Assembly (NCBI RefSeq): GCF_018977255.1
Contig: NW_024704812.1
Location: 124,001-188,000 of the forward strand
Origin: Callorhinchus milii
Taxonomy: Eukaryota
Direction: 5' to 3'
Length of the DNA: 64,000 bases
Position 1 is the first letter of the stretch. Each line of letters opens with the position of its first letter. Position numbers and translations under genes: made by a program. Below, in pieces: positions 63,465 through 64,000 of the stretch. The notes below the pieces were generated by a model. That model saw only the letters and a program-made list of their open reading frames with translations, did not search any database and was not told where the DNA came from.

Positions 63465-63527
63465 CTACTTCCTGGTGCCATTACGACGTAAATTGTGATA
63501 AATATCTTTCTGGTGCTTTCCAAGGTT
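63465..63527 (-). CDS. Copy E: terminal cytoplasmic exon (NLGKHQKDIYHNLRRNGTRK*); rest of gene lies beyond the right edge
   Basis: Acceptor ttgtgtttcag, then 63 nt homologous to cyt3 of copies A-D (one D>N change and one synonymous change). Confidence 0.82.
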   Translation of the reverse strand, partial: NLGKHQKDIYHNLRRNGTRK

Positions 63528-63961
63528 CTGAAACACAATGCAGATCAGACAGACCATTACTAACAACAACATTTTACACTGAACCTTTCACATCAGGAGG
63601 ACGTCCCAAGGACCTGGAGAGTCAGGGATTTGGATCTGAGCTGTGGGTTGGGATCAGGAAGGGATGGAGGGTGGGGAGGGAGGGGGTAGGAGGGTGACCA
63701 GGTTGAAGAGAAAAGTCTTGAGACAGGCCTTCAAGGAGGTGAGGGAGTGAGTGAAACCGAGGGATTGTGGGATGGAGTTCCAGAGGGTGGGGCAGAGTAA
63801 CTGAAGGCCTGACCGATGGTGGGGCAGGTGAGGCAGGGGATGTGAAGCAGGTCGGAGCCCACTGAGCAGAGGGAGAGGACAGGTTGTTAGGGGTTAGGAG
63901 GTCACAGAGGTAGTGGGGAGCAAAGCCATGGAGGGCTTTGAAGGTGAGGACCAGGATCTTG

Positions 63962-64000
63962 AACAACAACAACAACAACAAGATTCCATTTATAAAGCGC
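63962..64000 (-). mobile_element. 3' tail of the young L2 family at a different site (cut by the window edge)
   Basis: (caa)n-aagattccatttataaagcgc is identical to the start of 33999/49219, but the left flank is different. Confidence 0.65.

Larger units (their letters stand above)
1..64000 (-). repeat. Tandem segmental-duplication array, unit about 13.7-15.2 kb, six gene copies (two partial)
   Basis: Leader ATGs at 1431, 15145, 29812, 44663, 59832 (spacing 13714, 14667, 14851, 15169). Stop codons at 5099, 18828, 33086, 48306, 63465. Exons, introns and embedded repeats recur in the same order. Confidence 0.97.

Noticed and set aside
1-64000. CRISPR array, rRNA, Ig/TCR V(D)J segments
   Set aside because: No spacer-repeat arrays or rRNA similarity. 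The V exons lack the canonical cysteines and are followed by gtgagt splice donors, not RSS heptamer/nonamer signals.

Overview
Vertebrate genomic DNA, most likely a cartilaginous fish; the SINE/L2/CR1/Penelope content is chondrichthyan-like, but the species cannot be fixed from sequence alone. The whole window is a head-to-tail tandem array (period about 13.7-15.2 kb) of minus-strand, multi-exon Ig-superfamily receptor genes of CEACAM/VSIG10L-like type. I assembled four complete copies by hand from splice sites (A 5099-15145, B 18828-29812, C 33086-44663, D 48306-59832), plus the 5' end of a fifth (copy 0: leader and part of the V exon, 1-1431) and the last exon of a sixth (copy E, 63465-63527). 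Architecture: signal peptide, Cys-less IgV domain, A-B-A-B-C-D Ig domains (A-A-B-C-D in copy A), TM, three cytoplasmic exons. The main result is invisible in the ORF track: two tiny cytoplasmic exons splice into a complete ITAM (YM|DL-x7-YHNL), so the array encodes activating immune receptors. Their V domains differ almost only by non-synonymous changes on the predicted ligand-binding face, and each promoter carries IRF and ETS motifs. Only copy C is uninterrupted (785 aa). A, B and D carry 1-2 nt indels, mostly in homopolymers, which may be assembly errors. Introns and spacers are filled with a tRNA-derived SINE, L2 and CR1 fragments, microsatellites and three N-gaps at homologous positions.
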